A stretch of 64,000 nt of DNA, from IMG/VR virus record IMGVR_UViG_3300011335_000709, positions 5,506 through 69,505 of that record. One strand, written 5' to 3'. The stretch's first letter is position 1, and each line of letters opens with the position of its first letter. The notes under the pieces were generated by a model. It saw only the letters and a list, made by a program, of their open reading frames with translations. It ran no database searches and was not told where the DNA came from. The position numbers were made by a program, and so were the translations under genes. Source of the DNA: a virus (taxonomy: Duplodnaviria > Caudoviricetes). Of this stretch, positions 35,791-45,708 are shown piece by piece.

Positions 35791-36996
35791 TTATTTCAGT
35801 CCTCGCTCTAAAGCGTCTAGAAAGCCCAAGTCAGCGGGAATTTCTACCCCTCCGCCTTTAGCTCCACCAGAAGAAGGAACTGAAGATCTGAGCTCTTTTG
35901 TAAGTTTTTCCAGCTCAGAAATGCGTTCTTGGGCTTTGGATACGTAGTCCTGAAATACGTTCATAACCATAGGCATTGCGGCGGCATTAAATGTCAGCCT
36001 TGCTTTAGACCTGGCATCAAGTTCAGTATTTTCAATACTCATGGCTTGCTGCTGAATATTCTGTAAAGTACTATTCCAAGCTTCATTTCCTTCGATCGGC
36101 CTCAGTAGCGGGTTCTCTTTCTGTATATTATTCCACTCAGATTCATAAGCCGTTTTAATTTCGGACTCCATTCGCTGCGTATAGGCTTCCTGTTCTTTCT
36201 GCTCTTCAGCTTGAATCATCTGCAATACGGTGTTTACGTCCTTCGTAAGGACATCACGACGCTCAAATACCTTTTGGAGTTCTTCCGCTCGATTGCGGAT
36301 AGCAAGCGAATCAACAGGGTCAAGGGCGCTGGTAGCTTCTTTCAACAAAGCCCTGCGTTTGGCGGTATCTGGTTCCACCATTGCCGCGTAGATATTCCGG
36401 GGATCAACTCCTTCGTAAAGTTTGCTGATCTCAGAAACTTCTTTCTGGATATTATTTAGGGGCTCAGTGACAGCTAATTTATATTCTTTGGTAGACTCTA
36501 GTCTGGAGAATTTCAACTCATTCTCATACTCATCGCGCTCTTGCTTGAGCGCATTCAACTGGTTCTGCAAATCAATCTGCTCTACTGAATTCGTGGGGGC
36601 TTCAGAAGCTTTGCTTTCCAATTCCTTCAGCTTCACACGAGCCTCGCGTAAATCTTTAGTTAGGCGTGCCCAAGCTGTTTGAGCTTCGGGCTTAAGATTC
36701 TCTGGGGCTTTAACATCTAAATCCTCGGAAGCGGATTCAGTCTTAGTTATTTCCTCCTTGCCAGTCAACCGCTTGGTCAGAATATCCAGGGGATTGGTGG
36801 TGGCTGAAGCATCGGTTTTAGAGGGCTCAACAGCTTTTGTTGTTTCTACTGGAGCTGTTACGGCGGTTGCAACAGGAGCTTCGGTTGCTGGATTTTGATT
36901 TAGGGCTTCAAATCCGGCATCCATTGCGTCTGCAAAACTAATATTTTCAGACGCTGTTGCTGTGGGTGTAGGTTCTGCGGTTGCTGTTTCACTCAT
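35791..36996 (-). CDS. capsid scaffolding protein (401 aa)
   Basis: Acidic, low-complexity N-terminus plus long coiled coil; between portal and MCP. Confidence 0.7.
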   Translation of the reverse strand: MSETATAEPTPTATASENISFADAMDAGFEALNQNPATEAPVATAVTAPVETTKAVEPSKTDASATTNPLDILTKRLTGKEEITKTESASEDLDVKAPENLKPEAQTAWARLTKDLREARVKLKELESKASEAPTNSVEQIDLQNQLNALKQERDEYENELKFSRLESTKEYKLAVTEPLNNIQKEVSEISKLYEGVDPRNIYAAMVEPDTAKRRALLKEATSALDPVDSLAIRNRAEELQKVFERRDVLTKDVNTVLQMIQAEEQKEQEAYTQRMESEIKTAYESEWNNIQKENPLLRPIEGNEAWNSTLQNIQQQAMSIENTELDARSKARLTFNAAAMPMVMNVFQDYVSKAQERISELEKLTKELRSSVPSSGGAKGGGVEIPADLGFLDALERGLK

Positions 36997-37008
36997 ATTT
37001 TATTTTCC

Positions 37009-37302
37009 TTATTCCTGATTTGTTTCGTTTATTCTGGTTTCCCAAGGTTCTGGCAAGTTTGATGGCTCGCCTGCTTCTTCTGACAGAGTAGAAAGTATTC
37101 GTATCGCCTCAAAATACCCTTCTCTTCGGGTATTAAGGGTTGCATTCCAATCAATAAAATCAACATTCGGTGGGGGGAGAGTTGCGGCCGGAAGTCCTAA
37201 ATTTAATAAAACCCGAATTAGGGCTTCGCCGGCTTCGGATTTACGAAAAGCTTTCCAGGCGTTCTTGTAGTCGTTTCGTCTATTCCAATCGTTTAACGTC
37301 AT
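37009..37302 (-). CDS. hypothetical protein (97 aa)
   Basis: ATGA-type overlap with the portal stop. Confidence 0.65.
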   Translation of the reverse strand: MTLNDWNRRNDYKNAWKAFRKSEAGEALIRVLLNLGLPAATLPPPNVDFIDWNATLNTRREGYFEAIRILSTLSEEAGEPSNLPEPWETRINETNQE

Positions 37303-39569
37303 GCTTTTAGTGCGTTGGGGGTATTCATCGCAGCACGAAGGTTAGCTGCGGCTTGCGCGTCTTGTAAAGCTAATTTTTGCTTTAATTCCGCTTCTTTAAA
37401 CCTCGCATCAAGCTGTGCTCTCTCTTGTTTGAGCTGCATGTCCAGTTGATGTTCCTGCATTTTCATCTGCATTTGAGGTGAAATACCCTGTACTTGACCC
37501 TGCTCTAAGGCGGCTTGCTGTTGTTGTTCGTTGGCCGCTCGAATATCCTGTTCGACGTCCCTCTGTAAATTCACAACAGCCTCGCGTAAAAGATTCATGG
37601 CGAGTTTGGCCTGGCCTATTTCCTGTTGTTTTGTCTTATCGTCTACGATTCTAACGAGGTGCTCATTGGAATGTTCATACACCATCGTTAAAAACATCAT
37701 AGTTGCCTGTTTGTCTTGAATTTCGCCGTTCTGAACGGCCTCGACAATTGGCTGTGTTTCTCTCAGGTGAACAGCTAAATGAATTCCGTGATTCTCATTG
37801 GGCATAACGGTAACACGTCTTCCAGCTTGCATTGCTCCGTTCTCCAATTCTGCAATTTTAGCGTCGGCTGGAATACGATTTTTAACGTTAGGGTTAGGAA
37901 GATAACGATCAACCTGATCATATCCAACGCGCGCTGCCACTCTGTCTCTAATTGCATTTATCTGTCCAAGCTCGTCAAACCTTGGGAGCATCTGCATAAA
38001 CTCGTTAAAAGCGGACAACCGGGCGGCGGGGGAGCCGAGTCCAACTGCCCTTACGGGATCAACGTCATAAACAGCTTTAACAGCTGCCCATGGAACTCCA
38101 CGTTCTTCAAGGCGGCTACGGAATTTTTTGGCTTCAGCCGCTCCTTCTTCTCCGGGAACCCATGTGTCGCGTTGAAGTCTCCTGAACTGCTCCCGTAGCA
38201 AACGTCCCCAAGGAACGTAGAACAAATTCATTGAGTTTGTAGTAAGAATTGCTTCGTTAGCTACCTGGGCCTCTACTTCTGTTGCGGTACGAGGATTTCC
38301 CGAAAAGTCGTTCATTTGAGTTCTGTAAGAGCCGGTATTGCTCTGACGAACCATCGCCATTTCGTTTACAATGGGCTGAACGTTTGCCGCAAGATTTGGG
38401 TATTGTGTTTGAACAACGTTTAATCCGGGAGGTAGGAAAGAGAGGGGTCCAGAGTAAGCCATCGTCATCTTGGATACATCTTCAGCACTCTGCGGTTGTA
38501 GTAGGACTGAAGTCTGCAACATTGCTCCGTCGGCCATTGCGCAACGAAGACGATTGGTCATCTGGATGTGCGGGAAAATCTTAAAACCTAAACCACGAAT
38601 AGAATGATAAAGACCGTTACCAACTCCATATGTGAAAATATGAAAGGCTTCTGAGGCAGATTTAAACCTATGGAGTTTTTTAAATAAGAAATCGCCAGAG
38701 CCGTCTCGTAATCCAATGGCGTGAGAATAGGTTCCGTCAAATTCCCTCACATAATAGTGAATGACGTGAACTTCTTTTGCTCGAACGTGCGCAAAATAAA
38801 GATCGTTAGACTTCAGCTGTCTTTGAAGTTCTTCCCAGTTAAGTCCGTTATTGGGGTAGGTTGTGGTGGCATTACGGATCGCATCCCTGACCGCATCCAC
38901 ATTCCAACCAGCTTGTTCTGCAATTTTCGGATTCTCAATGTATTGGTAAAGTTCGTGAACTAAATAGATTCTTCGAATGGCAGCAAACTCTACTTTATCT
39001 TCCGTAGCGGGGGTTCCGCGGGGAATAAAGAAATCCCCAATAGGGCAAACAGTCCACTGCCAGTTACGCTCATCTTCAAAATAAGCGATACCGAGACCTT
39101 GAGATACAAAGTAATAGGAAAGTAACTGCTGTTTAAAGTAAAAGCTTGGCCAATCTTTGGTAACCAAACGAGTAAATTCTTCGGCAATTATAGCGGCGTA
39201 TTCTTCTCGCTGACTCTCGTCTCCAAATCGGGTCTTGACGTTTACGAGTCTATCAACTGAAGTTACAAGATCGTTGTAGGAAGTAAGAGCTTTTTCGAGA
39301 TCTGCGCCAGCTTCACCAAAATTGAGATTGGCTCTATAACTTTGGCCGAGTCTGCGTAGAACAACTGGATCATAGGGAGCGGCCCCATCAAACATATCCA
39401 TAATGCGAGCGCGGTCACGGGCTGCTTGTTCGTCCGCCAAGTATAACGATTGATAAATAGAAAAAAGTCCACTTTGATCACTAATTCTAGTTTTTGGTGG
39501 TTTTCCGTTTTCTGATATCGTTAAAAGGTCCTCATCAGGAACGGAATTCGAAGTGTATTTGGGTTCCAC
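37299..39569 (-). CDS. portal protein (~756 aa)
   Basis: Follows TerL; size and Gln-rich helical C-terminus fit P22-like portals. Start reassigned to GTG 39569 because the track start (TTG 39608) is the -35 box of a promoter. Confidence 0.75.
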   Translation of the reverse strand: MEPKYTSNSVPDEDLLTISENGKPPKTRISDQSGLFSIYQSLYLADEQAARDRARIMDMFDGAAPYDPVVLRRLGQSYRANLNFGEAGADLEKALTSYNDLVTSVDRLVNVKTRFGDESQREEYAAIIAEEFTRLVTKDWPSFYFKQQLLSYYFVSQGLGIAYFEDERNWQWTVCPIGDFFIPRGTPATEDKVEFAAIRRIYLVHELYQYIENPKIAEQAGWNVDAVRDAIRNATTTYPNNGLNWEELQRQLKSNDLYFAHVRAKEVHVIHYYVREFDGTYSHAIGLRDGSGDFLFKKLHRFKSASEAFHIFTYGVGNGLYHSIRGLGFKIFPHIQMTNRLRCAMADGAMLQTSVLLQPQSAEDVSKMTMAYSGPLSFLPPGLNVVQTQYPNLAANVQPIVNEMAMVRQSNTGSYRTQMNDFSGNPRTATEVEAQVANEAILTTNSMNLFYVPWGRLLREQFRRLQRDTWVPGEEGAAEAKKFRSRLEERGVPWAAVKAVYDVDPVRAVGLGSPAARLSAFNEFMQMLPRFDELGQINAIRDRVAARVGYDQVDRYLPNPNVKNRIPADAKIAELENGAMQAGRRVTVMPNENHGIHLAVHLRETQPIVEAVQNGEIQDKQATMMFLTMVYEHSNEHLVRIVDDKTKQQEIGQAKLAMNLLREAVVNLQRDVEQDIRAANEQQQQAALEQGQVQGISPQMQMKMQEHQLDMQLKQERAQLDARFKEAELKQKLALQDAQAAANLRAAMNTPNALKA

Positions 39570-39579
39570 AAGTCCGATT

Positions 39580-39608
39580 AGTATGGGGGAAGGCAATATT
39601 CCTGTCAA
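39580..39608 (-). promoter_or_regulatory. promoter TTGACA-N17-CATACT
   Basis: 10 nt upstream of GTG at 39569. Confidence 0.5.
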
Positions 39609-39617
39609 TCATCCTTT

Positions 39618-41357
39618 TTAAGAAGTGAGGAATGACGAGTCGGATACGGCCTGATCCAACTTTATAGCTTGTGTCTGCCAAGACGACCTAAGTTTACCCC
39701 CAACAAGAGAACCTGCTGTTATGCCAAGCTTTTGCCTGGCTAAGTCAAGACCCAAAAAGAATGCGTCGGCTAAGTCGGGAGACTTCCCAAGCCGTAACTT
39801 GTAGTCCCTTTTAGGCTCAACCGTGACTTTTCCTCCTGCGGTGGTATTGTATTTCCGGCCGGTCATTTCTTTAGCTAAATCCGGCACAATACCCCTTAAC
39901 TGGCCCGACCTCATGTACTCCACGCCGGAAAACCAGAGTTCCGTGACTCGATTGGTATACTTATCCAGCCCGCGAATGGGGTTAGTTATGCTAACTGGAA
40001 GAGTTGAGGCTTTCTCCCCGAATTTAATTCGTAGGATTCGATTGGACCATATTTCGGATAAGATATCGCAAAAAGGATCTCCTGCTCCGGTGGCGTCGAT
40101 GGCTAATCTTTCGGGCGGAACTCCGGACTCTTGGCATATCCGCATGACCTCCTTGGCAATTTGAAAGTTGCGGGGCTCTGGTTTGGTTACATCTTCTCGT
40201 AGGTTGTGGAATTTATGAAGAGCCACAGCTGGTCCAGATTCTTCGCTTTGTCCATACTTGAGAATGGCGAGTACAGATCTATCTCCACCATTTGTGAACG
40301 CGGGGTCAAATCCGGCCAAGTAAAGAGGCGGTTGAGACCATCTTGGCTCTTTAGTAACATCATACTTTCTGAAGTCGGCTTCTGAATAGATACCTTCCTC
40401 TGCCCCAACTGGAGCGGGAAAACTACGTATAAAGCGCCAAAATGAAAGAGAATTCTCCCCTTCGTTATCGATTGCATACTTAACTTGCTTAGAGGTAAGT
40501 AAAAAGGGCCATTTGTCGTCGTGCTCGATATTTGGTGTCTTTAATCCGTCAAGGTGAATACACTTTCCTGTCTTTGTCTCCCACTCCTCTGCGTCGACTG
40601 TGATGGAATTCCATCCGTCTTTAGGTGTGGAAAATACCCCGAAAGGGTCATATTGAGAGTTAAAGTTACCCAGAGCAACGCATTGGAATTGGGGATTGGC
40701 ATTGAGATTGGAGATGGCTTCAAATACTGAATTGGTTACGTCTGTCGCTTCGTCAATAATCAAAAACACTCTCTTGTTCTTCAGTCCGATAAGTTTTGCC
40801 GTGGCCTCCTTTTCCTTGTCTGGGCTTGATGGAACCAGGGTAATCGAGGAGCGGTCTGAGGCTTCGCCCGATTCGGATACGTCTAAAACAATCTTACCCA
40901 TCGAGTCAACTAGTTTTCCCGGCAACCCTGGAACTTGCATGTATCGCTCACGAATAGAACCCCATAAACGTTTACGAGCTTCTCGAACGCTGGTCGTAGT
41001 GACAAGCACCAATGTTTCGTGGGGAGCGCAAAGCCAATTTACCAAGCCCCACATTGCCATAGTAGAAGTCTTGGCCGAGGACTTCGGACCGGAAATAGCT
41101 AAATAGTTTTCTTCACAGGCTCGCTCAATCATCCAGTCGGCCCAAGGATGCCAATGAAAACCATTCTTGTTTTTTGTCTTGTGATAAGGCCAGAGAAGAT
41201 TCACTACATTCTTAAAGTGCTGGGCTTTGCCCAAACCTCCGTCTTCAGGCTTCAACCCCATTTTGAAGGCCAATAATTCAATGTCGAGGTCTCCGGCTCC
41301 ATCTGGCCAGGACTTTCCATATTTTTCTATAGGCAAGGAACTACTCTGCATAATCAC
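39618..41357 (-). CDS. terL: terminase large subunit
   Basis: Walker A-like SGPKSSAKT, Walker B LIIDEATD, nuclease AGFDPA...GDRS and KSPDLADAF. Confidence 0.9.
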   Translation of the reverse strand: MIMQSSSLPIEKYGKSWPDGAGDLDIELLAFKMGLKPEDGGLGKAQHFKNVVNLLWPYHKTKNKNGFHWHPWADWMIERACEENYLAISGPKSSAKTSTMAMWGLVNWLCAPHETLVLVTTTSVREARKRLWGSIRERYMQVPGLPGKLVDSMGKIVLDVSESGEASDRSSITLVPSSPDKEKEATAKLIGLKNKRVFLIIDEATDVTNSVFEAISNLNANPQFQCVALGNFNSQYDPFGVFSTPKDGWNSITVDAEEWETKTGKCIHLDGLKTPNIEHDDKWPFLLTSKQVKYAIDNEGENSLSFWRFIRSFPAPVGAEEGIYSEADFRKYDVTKEPRWSQPPLYLAGFDPAFTNGGDRSVLAILKYGQSEESGPAVALHKFHNLREDVTKPEPRNFQIAKEVMRICQESGVPPERLAIDATGAGDPFCDILSEIWSNRILRIKFGEKASTLPVSITNPIRGLDKYTNRVTELWFSGVEYMRSGQLRGIVPDLAKEMTGRKYNTTAGGKVTVEPKRDYKLRLGKSPDLADAFFLGLDLARQKLGITAGSLVGGKLRSSWQTQAIKLDQAVSDSSFLTS

Positions 41358-41385
41358 TTGACAGTTGTCAATTTGAGTTCACTCT
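41358..41385. promoter_or_regulatory. divergent promoter region built on the palindrome TTGACA-GT-TGTCAA
   Basis: Back-to-back -35 hexamers at the late/replication switch; + strand reads TTGACA-N16-CACTCT. Confidence 0.55.
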
Positions 41386-41414
41386 ACCCAGCACGATGAA
41401 CACACCCTTAAAAA

Positions 41415-41816
41415 ATGAACAGTTGTACAAAAGGCAAAGTCGGAGAGCGTGAGTGGCGCGACGTCCTCAAAGCGAAGGGCTTCGAAGCGCGCCGTGGTCG
41501 GCAGTTCTCGGGGAGTCCGGAATCGCCCGATGTTGTCAGCAACCTCCCATTTCACTTTGAAGTCAAGCGGGTTGAGGCCCTCAACATTAACAAAGCTATG
41601 GAACAGGCCAAACGAGACAGTGGCAAGAGTGTGCCAGTGGTGGCCCATAGAAAAAACAAGTGCCCGTGGCTTGTTACGATGGCTGCGGAAGATTGGCTTG
41701 AACTAGTTCGTGAAAAACATTCAGACGCTTGTTCAACTCCGCCCGTGGCAGGAGAAATCAAAAAGTATTATACTTCAGGCAATTCAGAACCACTCGATCG
41801 CGCTGGATTGCTCTGA
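41415..41816 (+). CDS. Holliday junction resolvase-like PD-(D/E)XK nuclease
   Basis: KGKVGERE...SPDVV...FEVKR. Confidence 0.75.
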   Translation: MNSCTKGKVGEREWRDVLKAKGFEARRGRQFSGSPESPDVVSNLPFHFEVKRVEALNINKAMEQAKRDSGKSVPVVAHRKNKCPWLVTMAAEDWLELVREKHSDACSTPPVAGEIKKYYTSGNSEPLDRAGLL

Positions 41817-43014
41817 TACTGGAACGGGAAAAACTGTTACGGCTTGTGCTGTAGCAAAAGAACTTGGTTTTGAGTTTGCCATCATAGCTCCCAAAATTGT
41901 ACTTCCCGCTTGGAAAAGTTGGTGTAGCACTTTTGGGCTACAGCCGAAATTTGTACTCAACTACGAAAAGCTACGGACGGGTAATACAGAATTCATAACT
42001 AAGCTGGCGAGCAAGCAATGGAACTGGAAACACAAAGGAAAAGATTTTCTTTATATATTTGACGAGGTGCATCGTTGCAAGAGTTACAAGTCTCAAAACG
42101 GAGCAATGCTCGAGGCCGCGGCTGGATCAAACGTTCTCATGCTGTCTGCTACCGCCGCGGGAAGTCCTATGGATATGCGTTTTACTGGGAGGCTTCTCGG
42201 GCTTCACAACGGGGTAGATTACTTTAGATGGCTCCACAAAAACGGTGTGGTCAAAGCTCCGTGGGGAGGGATGACATTCCGCGGGGGCAAGCGTGTGCTG
42301 ACCGACATCCATTCTAAGATATTTCCGGCTAAAGGAGTTCGTATTCGGATCAGTGAGCTTGGGGATGCGTTTCCGAGTAACCAGGTAAACGCCGAGGTGC
42401 TTGACATCTCTCCAAAGATTGGTGAGTTATACCAGAAAGTTGAAGAGGAAATTCTGGAATTAAAGGACCGGTCTCGTACTGACGCAGATCCGGAGAATCC
42501 TCTCACTAAGCGATTGCGCATGAGGCAGGAAATTGAATTGCTTCGGGTTCCTGTGATTACGGAAATGGCGGAGGAGTTTATCGAGGAAGGCAAAAGTGTT
42601 GTGTGCTTTGTAAACTTTAGGCAAACACTCGACGCCCTAGGGGAAAGAATGAAAAAACACAAACCAGTTTATATTCTTGGCGATCAAACAACTGAGCAAA
42701 GGGAGTCGGCGATTGCGTCTTTTCAAGCAAACAAGTCGCACTTAATCATCTGCCAAATTGCGGCGGGGGGTGTGGGGGTAAGTCTTCATGATCTGCACGG
42801 AAGGCCGAGAGTCTCTCTGATTAGCCCGACGTACTCTGCTGTTGACCTTAAACAAGCTCTCGGTCGTATTCACCGCACGGGAGCTAAAACTCCCGCGCTA
42901 CAATACATCCTGTTCGCCGCTAACTCGGTTGAAGAGGAGGTCAGTAAATCAGTAAAAGCAAAACTTCGGAATATTGATTTGCTGAACGACGGTGATTTGC
43001 TCACCCACAATTAG
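41710..43014 (+). CDS. SF2 (SNF2-like) DNA helicase
   Basis: DTGTGKT, FDEVHRCK, LSATA, GGVGVSLH, QALGRIHR. Confidence 0.9.
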   Translation: MKNIQTLVQLRPWQEKSKSIILQAIQNHSIALDCSDTGTGKTVTACAVAKELGFEFAIIAPKIVLPAWKSWCSTFGLQPKFVLNYEKLRTGNTEFITKLASKQWNWKHKGKDFLYIFDEVHRCKSYKSQNGAMLEAAAGSNVLMLSATAAGSPMDMRFTGRLLGLHNGVDYFRWLHKNGVVKAPWGGMTFRGGKRVLTDIHSKIFPAKGVRIRISELGDAFPSNQVNAEVLDISPKIGELYQKVEEEILELKDRSRTDADPENPLTKRLRMRQEIELLRVPVITEMAEEFIEEGKSVVCFVNFRQTLDALGERMKKHKPVYILGDQTTEQRESAIASFQANKSHLIICQIAAGGVGVSLHDLHGRPRVSLISPTYSAVDLKQALGRIHRTGAKTPALQYILFAANSVEEEVSKSVKAKLRNIDLLNDGDLLTHN

Positions 43015-43017
43015 CGC

Positions 43018-43045
43018 TTGACGATTACGTTTTGGGGGTCACAAT
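43018..43045 (+). promoter_or_regulatory. promoter TTGACG-N16-CACAAT
   Basis: 13 nt upstream of ATG at 43059. Confidence 0.55.
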
Positions 43046-43058
43046 CCACGGCACGCTG

Positions 43059-43295
43059 ATGGATACACAACACGCAAGATATAGCCCTAGCACCCTCAAA
43101 AGCCGGGAATTATGCCCAGGCTACGAACCTAAACGGGACGGGGAAGTTCACATAGTTACACAACGTGGAACTGCTATGCATTACGCCTGCGAGATGTCTG
43201 ACTTTTCAAAACTAAACGCCGACGAAACCAAGCTGGTTATGAAGTGCTTGGATTACATTGAGCGTTTGCGAGCGGAGTTATCTACCGATGCTTGA
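43059..43295 (+). CDS. N-terminal part of a Cas4-like/DUF2800 PD-(D/E)XK exonuclease
   Basis: HARYSPS...CPG...RGTAMHYACE is the usual N-terminal motif of this family. Confidence 0.65.
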   Translation: MDTQHARYSPSTLKSRELCPGYEPKRDGEVHIVTQRGTAMHYACEMSDFSKLNADETKLVMKCLDYIERLRAELSTDA

Positions 43296-44160
43296 TCTAA
43301 AAGAAATTAAGTTAGAGGTTTTTGACCAATGGGGTTTTGTCGACCGATTGATGATTCGTGGAGATAAAGCTCATCTTATTGATTACAAGTTTGGTTTTAA
43401 TCCTGTTGACGACGCCGAACACAATGCTCAAATGTGGGCGTATACTCTCGGTGTTTTTGATAAACATGACTACATCAAAGAAGTTACTGTACATATTTTA
43501 CAGCCTCGTCTAGATCTTATCTTCACTCACACATTTACCCGTGAGGGAGACTACGAAAGAATACACAAACGAATAAAAGGAATCATCGACAAATGCAAAA
43601 ACCATACAGAAGCCGATTACACACCTGGGGATCAATGCGTTTACTGCCACAAGTTAGCAGACTGCCCAGCAGTCCACGGAGCCACAATGCAGATCGTTAA
43701 AGCCTATGACATGGCGCATGACGCTCAATTGCCAGAACTATTTCAACCGAGTCAGCTATCCACTCCAGAGCGTAGGGCTCAAGCCCAACGCATTGCGATG
43801 GTCATGGAGGCTTGGTGTTCGAGTGTTCGTAAACACAATTTAGAGTTTGCTAAAGAGGGTGGTGAAATCCCAGGCTATGGATTGAAAGAAATTCAAGGTC
43901 GCAGGGAAATTAAAGACTCTCAAAAAGCTTGGGATTTGGTGAAGGATAAACTTACTCCAGAGGAGTTCAGCTCCGCTTGCGAGATTAAGTTCACAGATTT
44001 GGCCGATCTAGTTGCGGCCAAGGCGCCTCGCGGTCAGAAGACCGTGGCGAAAGAACAACTGGAGGATGACCTCATCGCTGCTGAAGCAATGACGCGTGGT
44101 GAACCATCTTATCAACTAAGAAAAAATAAAGAAATAAAAGAAATAAAACAAATAAAATGA
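43288..44160 (+). CDS. C-terminal catalytic part of a Cas4-like/DUF2800 exonuclease
   Basis: GFVD...LIDYKFG, QMWAY, PGDQCVYC...CP. Confidence 0.8.
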   Translation: MLDLKEIKLEVFDQWGFVDRLMIRGDKAHLIDYKFGFNPVDDAEHNAQMWAYTLGVFDKHDYIKEVTVHILQPRLDLIFTHTFTREGDYERIHKRIKGIIDKCKNHTEADYTPGDQCVYCHKLADCPAVHGATMQIVKAYDMAHDAQLPELFQPSQLSTPERRAQAQRIAMVMEAWCSSVRKHNLEFAKEGGEIPGYGLKEIQGRREIKDSQKAWDLVKDKLTPEEFSSACEIKFTDLADLVAAKAPRGQKTVAKEQLEDDLIAAEAMTRGEPSYQLRKNKEIKEIKQIK

Positions 44161-44873
44161 AAACATCATTCAGTAAGAAAGATAAAGAAGCCGTAGAGGC
44201 AACCGAAGATAAAGCGTTGGCTGTAGCGGAGAGCAAGTCTCCCTCCATCACCAACCGAAATGCAGGAGTGGACGGGGAGTTTAAAGCCTCCGATTTCCTT
44301 ATCCCGAGGATCAACCTTGTGGGTAAAACAGGAAATTTGAGCAACAACTTCCAGCCCGGTTCTTTTGTGTTCAACAAAGAATTGGTGGTAGGCAGTAAGG
44401 ATGCTTCAATGGAGGCAATCATTACTCATATCCAAAAGAAATACATCCAGGAAATTCCTTACGGAACGGATGTGATCCCAAAAATCTTTGCCTCGCAAGC
44501 CGAGGTTGAGGCCGCGGGTGGAACTTTGGATATCTCCGAATCGGACGATGTGGACCGGTATATCCCGTTCCTAGTCCTTACCCTTTTGGTTGCAGAGCCG
44601 AAAGAAAAGAATCCGGTCTTCTCGCTTGAGGGACCGGATAAGAAGAACTACGCGCTGGCGCAGTACAATCTCACCAAGAGTGCGTACCGCGGAGCGGGTC
44701 GTCAGTTGCTCACTGACAGTCAGACCGTCCTGCGCGGCGGGTTGACCAAGGGACGCTATCAAGTTAGTAGCAAGCTCAACACCAACACGATGGGTAGCTG
44801 GTTTACACCCACCTTCAAGTTGGCTGGAACAAATAATGACGAGTTCCAGGCTTGGGCTTCCAGCTTGATCTAA
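44157..44873 (+). CDS. putative ssDNA-binding/recombination protein (238 aa)
   Basis: Position between exonuclease and polymerase; PRINLV and WFTPTF OB-like motifs. Confidence 0.5.
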   Translation: MKTSFSKKDKEAVEATEDKALAVAESKSPSITNRNAGVDGEFKASDFLIPRINLVGKTGNLSNNFQPGSFVFNKELVVGSKDASMEAIITHIQKKYIQEIPYGTDVIPKIFASQAEVEAAGGTLDISESDDVDRYIPFLVLTLLVAEPKEKNPVFSLEGPDKKNYALAQYNLTKSAYRGAGRQLLTDSQTVLRGGLTKGRYQVSSKLNTNTMGSWFTPTFKLAGTNNDEFQAWASSLI

Positions 44874-45038
44874 GTAGATGAAGAAGGGGAGACGTTCCGG
44901 CATGGTGCGACGCGAGAAGCGTCGACAGGTTAGGTGTGTCCTGCCGCGTGAAACACCGGACGTCCTCCGCCAAGTAGTTGAGTTCTTCTCCGAACTACTA
45001 GAATCAAAATTCCAAAATGTAACGCAAGTAAAGGGTAT

Positions 45039-45341
45039 ATGGATCAAAACGAAATAGTCCCACCTTCAATTCATGAGGTGGCTTCAGAAGCCTTCACTAC
45101 TGTCACTAAAATTATGGAGAAAGGTTCTGATAAGAGTGCATTTGGTGAGTGGTTCTATAAAGACTCTCGTCGATATAATTCCGATAGAGCAGTTAGCCAT
45201 ATTTGCAGGGCTATGATGCAAATCGATGGTAACAGGCAAGATCCAGATTCAGGAAATGAGACATCTATCGACCACCTGGAGCGAGCTCTAGTACGAGTGG
45301 CCTTTCTATTGTTTAAATGCAAGAGGGGAAAAATTCAATGA
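45039..45341 (+). CDS. dATP/dGTP diphosphohydrolase-like protein (DUF5664-like)
   Basis: KIMEKGSDK...SH...DPDSG...DHLERA..R..FL resembles the GAxKY...RH...DxESGxxHLxHA pattern. Confidence 0.5.
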   Translation: MDQNEIVPPSIHEVASEAFTTVTKIMEKGSDKSAFGEWFYKDSRRYNSDRAVSHICRAMMQIDGNRQDPDSGNETSIDHLERALVRVAFLLFKCKRGKIQ

Positions 45342-45520
45342 TTGATTCAATTTTGTTATGGATATTTGTTTGGATAAGTAAACGTTGGTTTAATTCTGTC
45401 GTTTTTGGGACTGATCCTGAAACAGAACGAGCTACATCTATTTCATTCTTTGAGCATGAACAGCATGCTGAACAATATTTGGAATTAATCCAAAGAGGAA
45501 AAAAGGAGATGGACAAATGA
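45338..45520 (+). CDS. hypothetical protein (60 aa)
   Basis: ATGA overlap; start at MIDSIL. Confidence 0.5.
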   Translation: MIDSILLWIFVWISKRWFNSVVFGTDPETERATSISFFEHEQHAEQYLELIQRGKKEMDK

Positions 45521-45708
45521 TATTTCATTGGGTTTGGAAGAAGACTGGGTTTCCTTATTTGGAATCCCCTAAAACAGAAACAAAAAGTACAACCATGCCA
45601 AAAAAGAAAGGTAAGGTGTCAAGTGGAAAATCAAAGCGACTTAGAAAAAGATAGACTTGCTCAAAAAGTTGTTGCAGAATTGGATTACCTTTTAAAGGAA
45701 GGATTTTT

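Noticed and set aside
43059-44160. cas4 of a CRISPR system
   Set aside because: No other cas genes or array; sits in a standard phage exonuclease-SSB-polymerase context.
44878-44934. 18-aa ORF MKKGETFRHGATREASTG, possible gene remnant
   Set aside because: Too short to support; an alternative ~50-aa ORF overlaps it.
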